Assembly: GCA_039918675.1 (NCBI GenBank) | Contig: JBDSHC010000088.1 | Location: 3,790 to 67,789 of the forward strand | Direction of reading: 5' to 3' | Origin: Devosia sp. | GTDB lineage: Bacteria > Pseudomonadota > Alphaproteobacteria > Rhizobiales > Devosiaceae | Length of the DNA: 64,000 nt | Notes under the pieces: generated by a model | The model's input: the letters and a program-made list of their open reading frames with translations, nothing else | Told to the model about the DNA's origin: nothing | Database searches by the model: none | Shown: piece by piece, positions 21,155-30,229 of the stretch | How the letters are laid out: each line of letters opens with the position of its first letter | Numbering within the stretch: the stretch's first letter is position 1 | Translations under genes and position numbers: made by a program

Positions 21155-22210
21155 ATGGCGCAGACCGATCTTGTCCTGAAACAATTGGCCGACCAGGCCG
21201 GCGCGTGCGACCAGCTCGGCTCGCCCTTTACGGCGCGGCTTTGCCGCCTGCTTGCCAAATATCTCGACAAGCGCACCCGCTTCGGCACCCGCATTCTCGA
21301 ATGGGACGGCGACCCTGCTGCCGACAACGTCGCGCTGCGCGCCTGTGGCGCGATCCATGCGCTCGCCCGCTCAGGCTGGGAGCCCAATGTCACGGCGGTC
21401 TATCCTCCGACCAGCGTCCCGGATTCGACGCTGTGGGCGGCCATCGCGGATGCGCTGCACCACAATGATGCGTTTCTGACCGACAGGCTATCGAGTGCGC
21501 CCCAAACCAATGAGGTGGCGCGCTCCGCGCTGATCCTCGGTGCCATGCTGCACCTTGCGGCGGCGACGAAGCTGCCGCTGGATCTCTTTGAGATCGGTGC
21601 CAGCGCCGGACTCAATCTTGGCTTTGATCGGTATCGCTACACGCTGGATGAAGGGCGCGTGTGGGGGCCCCTCGACGCGCCCCTCGCCATCGACTGCCCT
21701 TGGCGCGGGTCGCCGCCGCCGCTCGATGCGCCACTCAGTGTCGTCGGGCGTCAGGGCTGCGATCTCAATCCGCTCGACAGCAACAGCCCGGAAGATCGCG
21801 CCCGGCTGCTCTCTTACATCTGGGCCGACCAGACGCATCGGCTGCAGCGTATCGACGCGGCGCTCAAGCTTGCGGCCGCCGACAGGCGCCCGATCGACCG
21901 CGCCGACGCTGCCGATTGGCTCGAGCAGAAATTCGCGACGCCGCTGCAGGCCGGCCGAACCCGCGTGCTGATCCATACCATCGTTTGGCCCTATGTGCCC
22001 GCCCGGTCCAAAGCGCGCATCGAAGCCGTGCTGGCCGAGATCGGCGCCAGGGCCACGGCGGACCGGCCGGTCGCTCGGCTCTCGATCGAGCCCGACGAGA
22101 CGCCCGGCAGCGCCCGCATCGATCTCACCATCTGGCCCGCCGGCCGCACCATCACCCTGGGCCGCGGCGACTATCACGGCCGCTGGGCCGAATGGGCAAA
22201 ACTCAAATGA
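21155..22210 (+). CDS. DUF2332 family protein
   Basis: QACxxLGSPFT-like N-terminus, PQTNEVARS, EIGASAGLNL and GCDLNP motifs. Confidence 0.88.
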   Translation: MAQTDLVLKQLADQAGACDQLGSPFTARLCRLLAKYLDKRTRFGTRILEWDGDPAADNVALRACGAIHALARSGWEPNVTAVYPPTSVPDSTLWAAIADALHHNDAFLTDRLSSAPQTNEVARSALILGAMLHLAAATKLPLDLFEIGASAGLNLGFDRYRYTLDEGRVWGPLDAPLAIDCPWRGSPPPLDAPLSVVGRQGCDLNPLDSNSPEDRARLLSYIWADQTHRLQRIDAALKLAAADRRPIDRADAADWLEQKFATPLQAGRTRVLIHTIVWPYVPARSKARIEAVLAEIGARATADRPVARLSIEPDETPGSARIDLTIWPAGRTITLGRGDYHGRWAEWAKLK

Positions 22211-22234
22211 AAAAGGCGGGCACCGGCCCGCCTT
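22210..22234 (-). terminator. Intrinsic terminator of the F0 atp operon
   Basis: Stem AAGGCGGGC-ACCG-GCCCGCCTT; the adjacent A-run gives a U-tail on the minus strand. Confidence 0.75.
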
Positions 22235-22260
22235 CAAACTCTCGGAACTGAACCGCCGCT

Positions 22261-22764
22261 CTAGTTGAGCTTGCTGCCCACTTCCTTGATTGCCTGATCG
22301 ATCAGGCCGTCACCCTTGCTGCCCATCTGCCGCGTCAGTAAAACGCGAGCCGCTTCCACCGCCACATCGGCCGAGCGCGACCGCACTTCGGCAATCGCCT
22401 GCGACTGTGCCTGGGCGATCTTGTCTTCCACCGCCTTGGTGCGGCGGGCGATCAGCGCTTCGAGCGAACTCTTGGCTTCGCCCGTCAGGCGGAACGCCTC
22501 TTCTCTCGCCGCAGCGATGATGCCTTCGGCTTCGGTCGCGGCGGCCTTGCGCTTGCTCTCATACTCTTCGAGCAGGAACTTGGCCTCGAGCCGCAGACGT
22601 TCGGCCTCGGCCAGTTCGCTCTCGATCGCCTTGATGCGATCGTCGAGCAGCTTGGCGATGGTCTTGTGGATACCGAAATAGATGGCGATCCCGATGAAGA
22701 TGACGAGGGCGATGGTCGCCCAGATCGTCGCGCCGGTCGTGGCGTCGTAGCCAAAGCTCCACAT
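22261..22764 (-). CDS. atpF: ATP synthase F0 subunit b
   Basis: N-terminal TM (WATIALVIF), LDDR and an Ala/Glu-rich coiled coil; TGATG overlap with b'. Confidence 0.93.
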   Translation of the reverse strand: MWSFGYDATTGATIWATIALVIFIGIAIYFGIHKTIAKLLDDRIKAIESELAEAERLRLEAKFLLEEYESKRKAAATEAEGIIAAAREEAFRLTGEAKSSLEALIARRTKAVEDKIAQAQSQAIAEVRSRSADVAVEAARVLLTRQMGSKGDGLIDQAIKEVGSKLN

Positions 22765-23387
22765 CAGACGGCTCCCTTGGCTTCGGCGACCGCGGCATGC
22801 GCCTCGGCTTCGGTGGCGCCGCCACCCAACTGCGCGACGAGCGCCTGGGCGGTCTCAGCCGCGATAGCGTCGACGCTGCCAAGTGCAGTGGTCTTGCTCG
22901 CCTGGATGCTGGCTTCGGCTTCGGACATGCGGGCGCCCAGATCGCTCTCGACCACCTTGCGCTTGCCCTCGATATCGGCGCGGATGCTTTCGCGCGTTTC
23001 TTCGGCGATCTTGCCGGCGTCCTTGCGGGCCTCGGCCAATGCCGCCTCATAGGCCGCGACGGCCTTGTCGGTTTCCTGGCGCAGCCGCTCGGCTTCCTTG
23101 AGGTCGCCTTCGATGCGCTGCTTGCGCGCGTCGATGATGCCGCCGATGCGGGGCAGGGCGACGCGGCTCAGCGCGAAATAAAGCACAGCAAAGGTGATCG
23201 CCAGCCAGATCAGCTGGGTCGAAAAGCTCGACGGGTCGAACGGCGGAAAGACTTCCTTGTGCTCGACGGTTGTCGCATGCGTCTCAGCGGTAGCGTGCGC
23301 GGCACTGGGATCTTCGACCACCACGCCCTGCTGCAATGCGTCGCCGCCTGTCGTTTCCGCTACGATGATGGTGGGGTTACCCGCCAT
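22764..23387 (-). CDS. ATP synthase F0 subunit b'
   Basis: FPPFDPSSFSTQLIWLAITF and LPRIGGII, typical of alphaproteobacterial b'. Confidence 0.93.
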   Translation of the reverse strand: MAGNPTIIVAETTGGDALQQGVVVEDPSAAHATAETHATTVEHKEVFPPFDPSSFSTQLIWLAITFAVLYFALSRVALPRIGGIIDARKQRIEGDLKEAERLRQETDKAVAAYEAALAEARKDAGKIAEETRESIRADIEGKRKVVESDLGARMSEAEASIQASKTTALGSVDAIAAETAQALVAQLGGGATEAEAHAAVAEAKGAV

Positions 23388-23427
23388 GACTGTCCGTCCT
23401 CAATCCCTGGTGAAAGGGCTCGCCGTA

Positions 23428-23453
23428 TTGAAAGGGCCCGGCGTGCCGGACCC
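23428..23453 (-). terminator. Hairpin between atpE and the b' gene (partial terminator or stabiliser)
   Basis: Minus strand GGGTCCGG-CACG-CCGGGCCC followed by TTTCAA. Confidence 0.45.
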
Positions 23454-23474
23454 CGTTTGTCGTTTCGTCGCCGA

Positions 23475-23702
23475 TCAGACTGCGAACAAGAGGAGCAGGG
23501 CGATGAGGAACGAGAAAATGCCGAGAGCTTCGGTCACGGCGAACCCGAAGATCAGGTTACCGAACTGGCTCTGGCTGGCCGACGGGTTGCGCAGGGCGCC
23601 CGACAGGAAGCTACCGAAGATGTTGCCCACGCCGATGGCGGCGCCGGCCATACCGATCGCCGCGATACCCGCGCCGATGTACTTTGCTGCTTCTGGATCC
23701 AT
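23475..23702 (-). CDS. atpE: ATP synthase F0 subunit c
   Basis: [22 protein letters not shown] and FAVTEA (proton-carrying Glu). Confidence 0.98.
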   Translation of the reverse strand: MDPEAAKYIGAGIAAIGMAGAAIGVGNIFGSFLSGALRNPSASQSQFGNLIFGFAVTEALGIFSFLIALLLLFAV

Positions 23703-23768
23703 ACTAGTCTGCTCCTTAAGTGACCGATTGACGGCGCTTACCGCCGTCTCACTGTGAACCGGTCGAGA

Positions 23769-24521
23769 TCAATGCGACGGATGGATCGCATCGTTGATGT
23801 ACATCGAGGTCAGCACCGCAAACACATAGGCCTGCAGCGCCGCGACGAGGAATTCGAGTGCCGTGATCGCGACGGTCATCGTCAGCGGCAGCAATGCGCC
23901 GAGCCAGCCGAGGAAACCCAGCGAGCCGAGCGTCACGACGAAGCCGGCAAACACTTTCAGCGTGATGTGACCCGCGAGGATGTTGGCGAACAGACGGACG
24001 CTGAGCGAGATCGGGCGCGAGAGGAACGAAACGATCTCGATCGGCACCACGATGGGCAGCACATAAGCCGGCACGCCCGACGGCACGAACAGCTTCAGGA
24101 ACTTCAGCCCGTTCTTGTAGAAGCCGTAGATGATGACCACGGCGAACACCAAAATCGCCAGCGCGAAGGTGATGATGATGTGGCTGGTGGCGGTGAACAG
24201 GAACGGGATCATGCCGAACATGTTGGCGACGAGCACGAACATGAACAGCGAGAACACGAACGGGAAGAACTTCATGCCGGCGGTCCCGGCCGAGTTGCGC
24301 ACCATATTGGCCACGAACTCGTAGAGCATTTCCGAAATCAGCTGCGCGCGGCCGGGAATGATGCTGCGGCGCGTCGTCGACAGCAGCAGATAGGCGAGGA
24401 TCAGTCCAACCGTCAGCACCATGAACAGCGCCGAATTGGTGAACGCGAAACCGTCGCCGAAGCGCACGATGTCCGTGATCAGGAATTGGTGGATCGGGTC
24501 GACTTTATTCGGATCGGCCAA
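23769..24521 (-). CDS. atpB: ATP synthase F0 subunit a
   Basis: [20 protein letters not shown] and LQAYVF. Confidence 0.98.
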   Translation of the reverse strand: MADPNKVDPIHQFLITDIVRFGDGFAFTNSALFMVLTVGLILAYLLLSTTRRSIIPGRAQLISEMLYEFVANMVRNSAGTAGMKFFPFVFSLFMFVLVANMFGMIPFLFTATSHIIITFALAILVFAVVIIYGFYKNGLKFLKLFVPSGVPAYVLPIVVPIEIVSFLSRPISLSVRLFANILAGHITLKVFAGFVVTLGSLGFLGWLGALLPLTMTVAITALEFLVAALQAYVFAVLTSMYINDAIHPSH

Positions 24522-24549
24522 GAACGGTCCCCAGTCTAGCGCCTAGTGC

Positions 24550-24939
24550 TCAGTTTTCGTCGTCGTCAGTGCCCGGACCGAGATCCGAGCCAGGTGGCGG
24601 TGGCGACGCCTTGTTCATTTGCTCCGCGGCCCGCACGACGTTCAACACGCCCGCTGCGAAACCGACCAGCAGCAGCACCAGCATGATCCATGGCGTCGTA
24701 TTCAGCCACCGATCGAGCAGGTAACCCGCAACCGCGCCCACAAGGATTGCCGCGATGAACTCCGTCCCGAGCCGCATCGCGCGGCCCATTCCGGTCATGT
24801 CCCTCGGCTGGCTTGCCCCTCCGGCCAACCCAGCCGAATGTGCCCCCTGTGCCCGGGCGATTTTTTCCTTGAGAATTTGCGACTGCCTGCGCACCCGCTC
24901 ATCCTCTCCGCCGCCACCGGTATCGCGCATTTCACTCAA
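24550..24939 (-). CDS. atpI: ATP synthase protein I (AtpZ/AtpI)
   Basis: LGTEFIAAILVG, LLDRWLNTTPW and GFAAGVLNV; GGAGG RBS before TTG. Confidence 0.92.
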   Translation of the reverse strand: MSEMRDTGGGGEDERVRRQSQILKEKIARAQGAHSAGLAGGASQPRDMTGMGRAMRLGTEFIAAILVGAVAGYLLDRWLNTTPWIMLVLLLVGFAAGVLNVVRAAEQMNKASPPPPGSDLGPGTDDDEN

Positions 24940-24994
24940 CGCGTCCTCCGTCAGCCCCGGAATCTAAGGAAAACATCCCCCTGAAGTCGCGCGC

Positions 24995-25023
24995 AACATA
25001 GTGTTGGCGCTTTTGGGTGTCAA
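24995..25023 (-). promoter_or_regulatory. Sigma70 promoter of the atpI-B-E-F'-F operon
   Basis: Minus strand TTGACA-17 nt-TATGTT. Confidence 0.75.
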
Positions 25024-25148
25024 GCAACCATGTCAGGCGGTAAGTATTTGATATTTATAGTGATTTCATCGAAAGATGGGGCCGCGACAACGAGTCCGGT
25101 GCGCTCCCGCCAATCCCGGCGCTTTACGCAGGGATTCTACGACCTGCT

Positions 25149-28100
25149 CTAGGCGACCTGAGCTTCCACCACATCCATCGCGCCCGTCAGATCCACGGAC
25201 ACCAGCTGGCTCACGCCGCGCTCATACATCGTGACCCCGAACAGCCGGTTCATCCGCGCCATGGTGATCGGGTTGTGCGTGATCACCACAAACCGCGTTT
25301 CGGTGCGGGTCGCCATCGCGTCGAGCAGCGCGCAGAAGCGTTCCACATTGGCGTCGTCGAGCGGCGCATCGACTTCGTCGAGCACGCAGATCGGCGCCGG
25401 ATTGGTGAGGAACACGGCGAAGATCAGCGACATCGCCGTCAGCGCCTGCTCGCCACCCGACAGCAGCGTCATCGTCGTCGGCTTCTTGCCCGGTGGACGC
25501 GCAATGATCTCGAGCCCGGCTTCCAGCGGATCGTCGCTCTCGACGAATTGCAGTTCCGCCGTGCCGCCGCCGAACAGCGTCGTGAACAGCTCCTGGAAGT
25601 GCTTGTTGACCTTCTCGAACGCCTCGGCGAGCCGCCCACGGCCTTCCTTGTTGAGGCTCTGGATGCCCGAACGCAGCTTGGCGATTGCCGCGATCAGGTC
25701 GTCGCGGTCCTTGACCATGATGTCGAGCTTTTCCTGCACCTCGACACTCTCGGTCTCCGCCGCAAGGTTCACGCCGCCGAGGCGCTCGCGCTCGCTCTTC
25801 AGCCGCTCGACCTTGCGCTCCACTGCCTCTTCCTCGGGCAGCGCGTCCTGCGCGCGAATGCCGGCGGCCATCGCCGTGTCGACGGCCTGAATATCCAGCG
25901 TCTCCTGCACCTGCCGCTCGATCTGATGGCGCTGTGCAATGAGGCCCTTCATCCGCTCTTCGACGCGCGCCAGATTCTCGCGGAAGCCGCTCAGCGCTTC
26001 GGCTGCCAGCCGCTGCGCCTTGTCGGCTTCGCGATAACGGCCCTGCGCAGTGCCCAGCTCATCGCTCGCCGCGCCATGCGCCACACGTGCCGTTGCGATC
26101 TCAGCATCGATCGCCTCGCGGCGCTCTTCGAGTCCGGCGGGCGCATTGTTCATCGCATCGAGCTGCTGGCTCAGCTCGCCGAGCCGCTTGTCGAGCGTCG
26201 CCACCTGCGATTCCGCACCGGCGCGCCGCCGCTGCCAGTTCGCCGTCTCATTGGCGATCTGTCCGAGCCGTCCATTACGCAGCTGCGCCGCATTCTCGAA
26301 CGAGCCGAGCTTCAGCCGTGCCTGATCGGTAACACCACGCGCTTCGTCGAGATGCACCCGCTTGCTCTGCAGCAACGCCGCGGCCTCGGTCTCGTCGCCT
26401 GCCTCGGTAAGCGCCTTCTGCGCATCGGCCTCGATTCCCTCGGCCTCGACCAGCGACGAGTTCAACCGCACCCGCGCTTCTTCGAGCGCGCCCTGTCGCG
26501 TTGCCAGCTCGCTCAAGGCCCGCGTCGCCTGATCGAGCGCCGATTGCGCATTGGCAATCTCGCGCTGCGCATTGCGCCACACATCGCGCTTCTGCCGCTC
26601 GCTGTTCCGCGATTGCTCGAGGCTCTGGTTCAGCGATTGTGCGTCGGCGCGCAGCGAATTGCGCGCCGCGCGCGCCTCGGTCAATTCGGCATCGAGCTCT
26701 GCCAGACGATTGCGCTGTGCCAGCCGCTGCGCCGCGGCACTCGGCGCGTCGGCTGCAGAGACGAACCCGTCCCAGCGCCACAGATCGCCCGCCTTCGACA
26801 CAAGTCGCTGCCCCGGCTTCAACTGCGGTTGCAGCCTTGCGCCATCAGCCTTGTCGACGAGCCCGATCTGATCGAGCCGCCGCTTCAGCAGCGCACTGCC
26901 CGACACATGCGTGCTCAGCGCCGCGATGCCACCTGGCAGTTGCGGGTCGCCCTCACCGGGGATCGGGCCAGCCCAGTGGAGCGGCGCTCCAGCATCGGAC
27001 GATGCTTCGAGATCGTCGCCCAGCGCGGCGCCTAGTGCGGTTTCAAAACCTACATCGACCTTGAGGTCGTCGGCAATTGCAGTCCACAAGCCCTTGGCGC
27101 CGCCAGTTAGAATGCGGTCCAAGGTCTGCGCCTCGGAATCGAGCCGGTTCACCTGCGCTTCGATTTCCTGTAGCTTGGGCCGCGTCGCATCGAGCGTCGC
27201 CTGCGCATTGCGCGTCGTTTCCTCGGCCGCAACGGCCGCCGCTTCGGCCTCGGCGGAAGCCGCCTGCGCCGCTTCGAGCACGGTGCGCTTGGCGGTCACG
27301 CCATCATCGGATTCGAGTTGCGCAGCGACGCCTTCGGCATCGCGCTGCACATCGGCGATCTGCTGCTTCAGCCGCGCGATCCGCGTTGTCGCATCTTCGG
27401 CACCGCGCTTGGCTTGCGCCCGCCGCGCCTTGACCTGCGCTTCGAGATCGGCGGCGATCCGCGCCTCGGCTTCGGCCCCGCGCACGGCCTGCAGGGCCTC
27501 TTCGGCAGCGGCCTTCGCCATTGCGAACGCTTCGACCTCACCCGCCGCTTCCGCTTCGAGCCGTGCCTTCTCGTCCGCCGCGAGCTTCAAAGCTTCGTCG
27601 CTCTCTTCGAGCAGCGCGCGCTCACGCCCGCCATCGGCATTGGTCTGTTCGATGCGCTGCGTCAGCTCGGCGCGGCGCTGTTCTGCCCGTCGTGCTTCTT
27701 CCGCTAATTGCTCGGCGAGAATGTTGAGACGCTGCAATGCCGCGCCCGCCGCAGCTTCCTTGTCGCGCAGCGGCTGCACGGCCTGGTCGGCCATGAACAC
27801 GATTTTCTGCGCTTCGAGTTCGACGTGCTGGGCCTCGGCGAGATCGTTGATCAGTCGGCCCTGTTCGGCTTCCGTCTCGTTCTCTGCGGCACGCGCCGAA
27901 ATCCACCGGATATGGAACAGCGTCGCCTCGGCCTTGCGGATTTCTCCGCTCAACCCGCGATAGCGCGTCGCGAGCCGCGCCTGCCGCTTTAACTGCTCGA
28001 GCTGCTGCGTCACCTGGTTGATGACGTCTTCGACCCGTTCGAGGTTCGCTTCAGCGGCCTTGAGACGAAGCTCGGCCTCGTGCCGCCGCGAATGCAACCC

Positions 28101-28613
28101 CGAAATGCCGGCGGCTTCTTCGAGTAGCGCCCGCCGCGCCTGCGGCTTGGCAGCGATCAGCTCGCCGATCTGCCCTTGCCGAACGAGGGCAGGGGAGTGA
28201 GCGCCAGTCGAGGCATCCGCGAATAGCAATTGCACGTCGCGCGCCCGGACTTCCTTGCCGTTGACGCGATAGACCGAGCCGTCCTCGCGTTCTATGCGAC
28301 GGGTGACTTCAAGGATATCGGCGGTGTTGAGGGTAGCCGGCGCCGTGCGGTCGCTATTGTCGAGAACCAGCGTCACTTCTGCATTGTTCCGCGCCGGGCG
28401 ATTGCCCGAGCCCGAAAAGATCACATCGTCCATGCCGGAAGCGCGCATCGCCTTGTATGAGCTTTCGCCCATCACCCAGCGCAGCGCCTCGACCAGATTG
28501 GATTTGCCGCAGCCATTCGGCCCAACAACCCCGGTCAGGCCGGGTTCTAGGTACAATTCGGTCAAATCGGAGAAGGATTTGAACCCGTGGAGCTTTAAAC
28601 GCGTGAACTTCAT
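25149..28613 (-). CDS. smc: Chromosome segregation protein SMC
   Basis: Walker A GPNGCGKSN, long coiled coils with hinge, signature LSGGEQ and Walker B/D-loop VLDEVDAPLD. Confidence 0.99.
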   Translation of the reverse strand: MKFTRLKLHGFKSFSDLTELYLEPGLTGVVGPNGCGKSNLVEALRWVMGESSYKAMRASGMDDVIFSGSGNRPARNNAEVTLVLDNSDRTAPATLNTADILEVTRRIEREDGSVYRVNGKEVRARDVQLLFADASTGAHSPALVRQGQIGELIAAKPQARRALLEEAAGISGLHSRRHEAELRLKAAEANLERVEDVINQVTQQLEQLKRQARLATRYRGLSGEIRKAEATLFHIRWISARAAENETEAEQGRLINDLAEAQHVELEAQKIVFMADQAVQPLRDKEAAAGAALQRLNILAEQLAEEARRAEQRRAELTQRIEQTNADGGRERALLEESDEALKLAADEKARLEAEAAGEVEAFAMAKAAAEEALQAVRGAEAEARIAADLEAQVKARRAQAKRGAEDATTRIARLKQQIADVQRDAEGVAAQLESDDGVTAKRTVLEAAQAASAEAEAAAVAAEETTRNAQATLDATRPKLQEIEAQVNRLDSEAQTLDRILTGGAKGLWTAIADDLKVDVGFETALGAALGDDLEASSDAGAPLHWAGPIPGEGDPQLPGGIAALSTHVSGSALLKRRLDQIGLVDKADGARLQPQLKPGQRLVSKAGDLWRWDGFVSAADAPSAAAQRLAQRNRLAELDAELTEARAARNSLRADAQSLNQSLEQSRNSERQKRDVWRNAQREIANAQSALDQATRALSELATRQGALEEARVRLNSSLVEAEGIEADAQKALTEAGDETEAAALLQSKRVHLDEARGVTDQARLKLGSFENAAQLRNGRLGQIANETANWQRRRAGAESQVATLDKRLGELSQQLDAMNNAPAGLEERREAIDAEIATARVAHGAASDELGTAQGRYREADKAQRLAAEALSGFRENLARVEERMKGLIAQRHQIERQVQETLDIQAVDTAMAAGIRAQDALPEEEAVERKVERLKSERERLGGVNLAAETESVEVQEKLDIMVKDRDDLIAAIAKLRSGIQSLNKEGRGRLAEAFEKVNKHFQELFTTLFGGGTAELQFVESDDPLEAGLEIIARPPGKKPTTMTLLSGGEQALTAMSLIFAVFLTNPAPICVLDEVDAPLDDANVERFCALLDAMATRTETRFVVITHNPITMARMNRLFGVTMYERGVSQLVSVDLTGAMDVVEAQVA

Positions 28614-28632
28614 AGCTTTCCAGATAGCGAAG

Positions 28633-28660
28633 CGGCCCGCCGCTAGGAAGCGACGGGCCG
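28633..28660. other. GC-rich hairpin between dsbA-like gene and smc
   Basis: CGGCCCG...CGGGCCG arms with an internal CGCT/AGCG stem. Confidence 0.4.
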
Positions 28661-28693
28661 TAAACGAGCACCGAAGTTTGTGGATATTGAGTC

Positions 28694-29440
28694 CTAGAGC
28701 AGCGGATCGATCTCGGCGGAGAGCGATTCCATCGTCTTCTCGCCCGTCATCTGCTTGCCATTGAGGTAGAAAGTCGGGGTCCCCTCGAGGCCAAACTGCT
28801 CCAGCGCCTGATTGCGCATCGTCTCGATGGCGTTGAACAATTCCTGGTTCTTGAGGGCCTCCTGGAAGGATTCCTCCGAGAAACCGAGCTGGATCGCCAC
28901 TGCTTTGACCGCGTCGAGCGGCTTGTCCGAAACGCCCCAGGTCTGCTGGGTCTTGAAATAGGTGGCGATGACATTCTCATAGGCCGCGATAGCCGCGGGA
29001 GAGAAGCCACTCGGATTGTTGGGATCGGCCGGCTTCGGCTCTTCCGAGCTCGGCGCCATCGGATCGACCGGCGCCACGGCGTCCACCGACTTGGCGGCGG
29101 CTTCGGCCAGCATGAAGATCGCCGCGTCCATGGTGTTGCGGGCGAACGGGCGCAGGATGAACTTCACCTTGCCGGTCTTGACGTATTTATCCTGGAACGG
29201 TCCGAGCACGGTGTTCGAGAACAGCGCGCAATGCGGGCAGGTCGGCGACGCATATTCGATGAACGTCACCTTGGCGGCCGGATCGCCCGAAACCTTGTCC
29301 GGAATGCCCGCCGGCGCCATCAGCTTCAGCAGATCGATCATGTCGCCATCCTTGGCGAAGGCGATCGAGGGGAGGCCGGCAGCGCCCGCGACGGTCGCGG
29401 CGGCGGCCAAAGTCAAAATCTCACGGCGGGTCAGTTTCAC
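28694..29440 (-). CDS. DsbA-family thiol-disulfide oxidoreductase with twin-arginine signal
   Basis: TRRE signal peptide, EYASPTCPHC active site and GTPTF cis-Pro loop; GGAG RBS. Confidence 0.92.
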   Translation of the reverse strand: MKLTRREILTLAAAATVAGAAGLPSIAFAKDGDMIDLLKLMAPAGIPDKVSGDPAAKVTFIEYASPTCPHCALFSNTVLGPFQDKYVKTGKVKFILRPFARNTMDAAIFMLAEAAAKSVDAVAPVDPMAPSSEEPKPADPNNPSGFSPAAIAAYENVIATYFKTQQTWGVSDKPLDAVKAVAIQLGFSEESFQEALKNQELFNAIETMRNQALEQFGLEGTPTFYLNGKQMTGEKTMESLSAEIDPLL

Positions 29441-29554
29441 GGCAGAACTCCTTGTTTGGCGGGCAAATTACACAGGCAGAAAGGCGCGGCAAGTGACCAA
29501 ACCGTAAGGTGCGGTCACGTGAGCGCGAGCCAGACCCTTGGTGTCATCGCGTGA

Positions 29555-29656
29555 CTCACTCGATGTCATTCTCGCGGCTCACTCCGATGTCATTCCCGCG
29601 GAGGCGGGAATCCAGGAGTCCCACTCACCGAACTGAGCCTTGGCCCCTGGATTCCC
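29555..29656. repeat. Palindromic intergenic repeat, family A (truncated) with a local tandem duplication
   Basis: GTCATTCCCGCGGAGGCGGGAATCCAG (29589-29615) pairs via GGGAATCCAGG/CCTGGATTCCC (29646-29656); preceded by a near-duplicate of CTCACTC(C)GATGTCATT(C/T)CCGCGG. Confidence 0.8.
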
Positions 29657-29679
29657 CCTTTGCCAGAAGGACTCTACGG

Positions 29680-30186
29680 TTACCTGGCCTTACGGGAGAA
29701 TACAGCCTCTCCCAGTCCTTTGAGAGCATCCTTGAGGGCAGGGTCCTGCACCTCCGCCACCGCCTGATCGGCATGTTTCGCCACCTCCGGCAGCGTCACC
29801 TTTGCCTGCGCCTTGGCCGCTGAACCCCGTCTGAATGGCTCGATCGACAGCTTCACGTCACGCACCAGGAAATAGCCGAAATACCGGTTCACCGCCGCCG
29901 CGATCAGCGGGCCTTCATGCGCCAGCGCCAGCCTATGCCCCTCGGCGCAGCGCAGATACAGTGTCGCCCCTTCGTGCCCGGCGCCGCGCGGCCATTTGAG
30001 CTCTTCCGGCATCGCCGACTGATCGTAGGGTCTCGGCGCAATCGTCGGCCAGTGAATGAGGATGTCCCGCGTCGCAAATCCGCGCCTCTTCAGCGCCGAA
30101 TCCAGAACTCCGCCCAGCGCCTCGGCCACGCCGACCGTGCGGTTGAGCCGCTTGGGCTCCTCGGGCTCTTTGGCTTTGCTCGCCAC
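29680..30186 (-). CDS. DUF721 / DciA-like protein
   Basis: KRRGFA, HWPTIA, PEELKWPR, ATLYLRC and VNRYFGY; usual mutY-DUF721-dsbA-smc synteny. Confidence 0.88.
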   Translation of the reverse strand: MASKAKEPEEPKRLNRTVGVAEALGGVLDSALKRRGFATRDILIHWPTIAPRPYDQSAMPEELKWPRGAGHEGATLYLRCAEGHRLALAHEGPLIAAAVNRYFGYFLVRDVKLSIEPFRRGSAAKAQAKVTLPEVAKHADQAVAEVQDPALKDALKGLGEAVFSRKAR

Positions 30187-30229
30187 GGCAATTCCAGTTG
30201 CGCCGGTCGCCCGGCTGGTTCATGTCCCA

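Noticed and set aside
25035-25075. AT-rich patch (TAAGTATTTGATATTTATAGTGATTT) as a possible att site or island end
   Set aside because: It lies just upstream of the atp -35 element between two core genes, so an UP element or promoter context is the simpler explanation.
29509-29823. 104-aa + strand ORF (MRSRE...SFPRRRES...)
   Set aside because: It is the translation of the family A repeat plus the antisense of DUF721.
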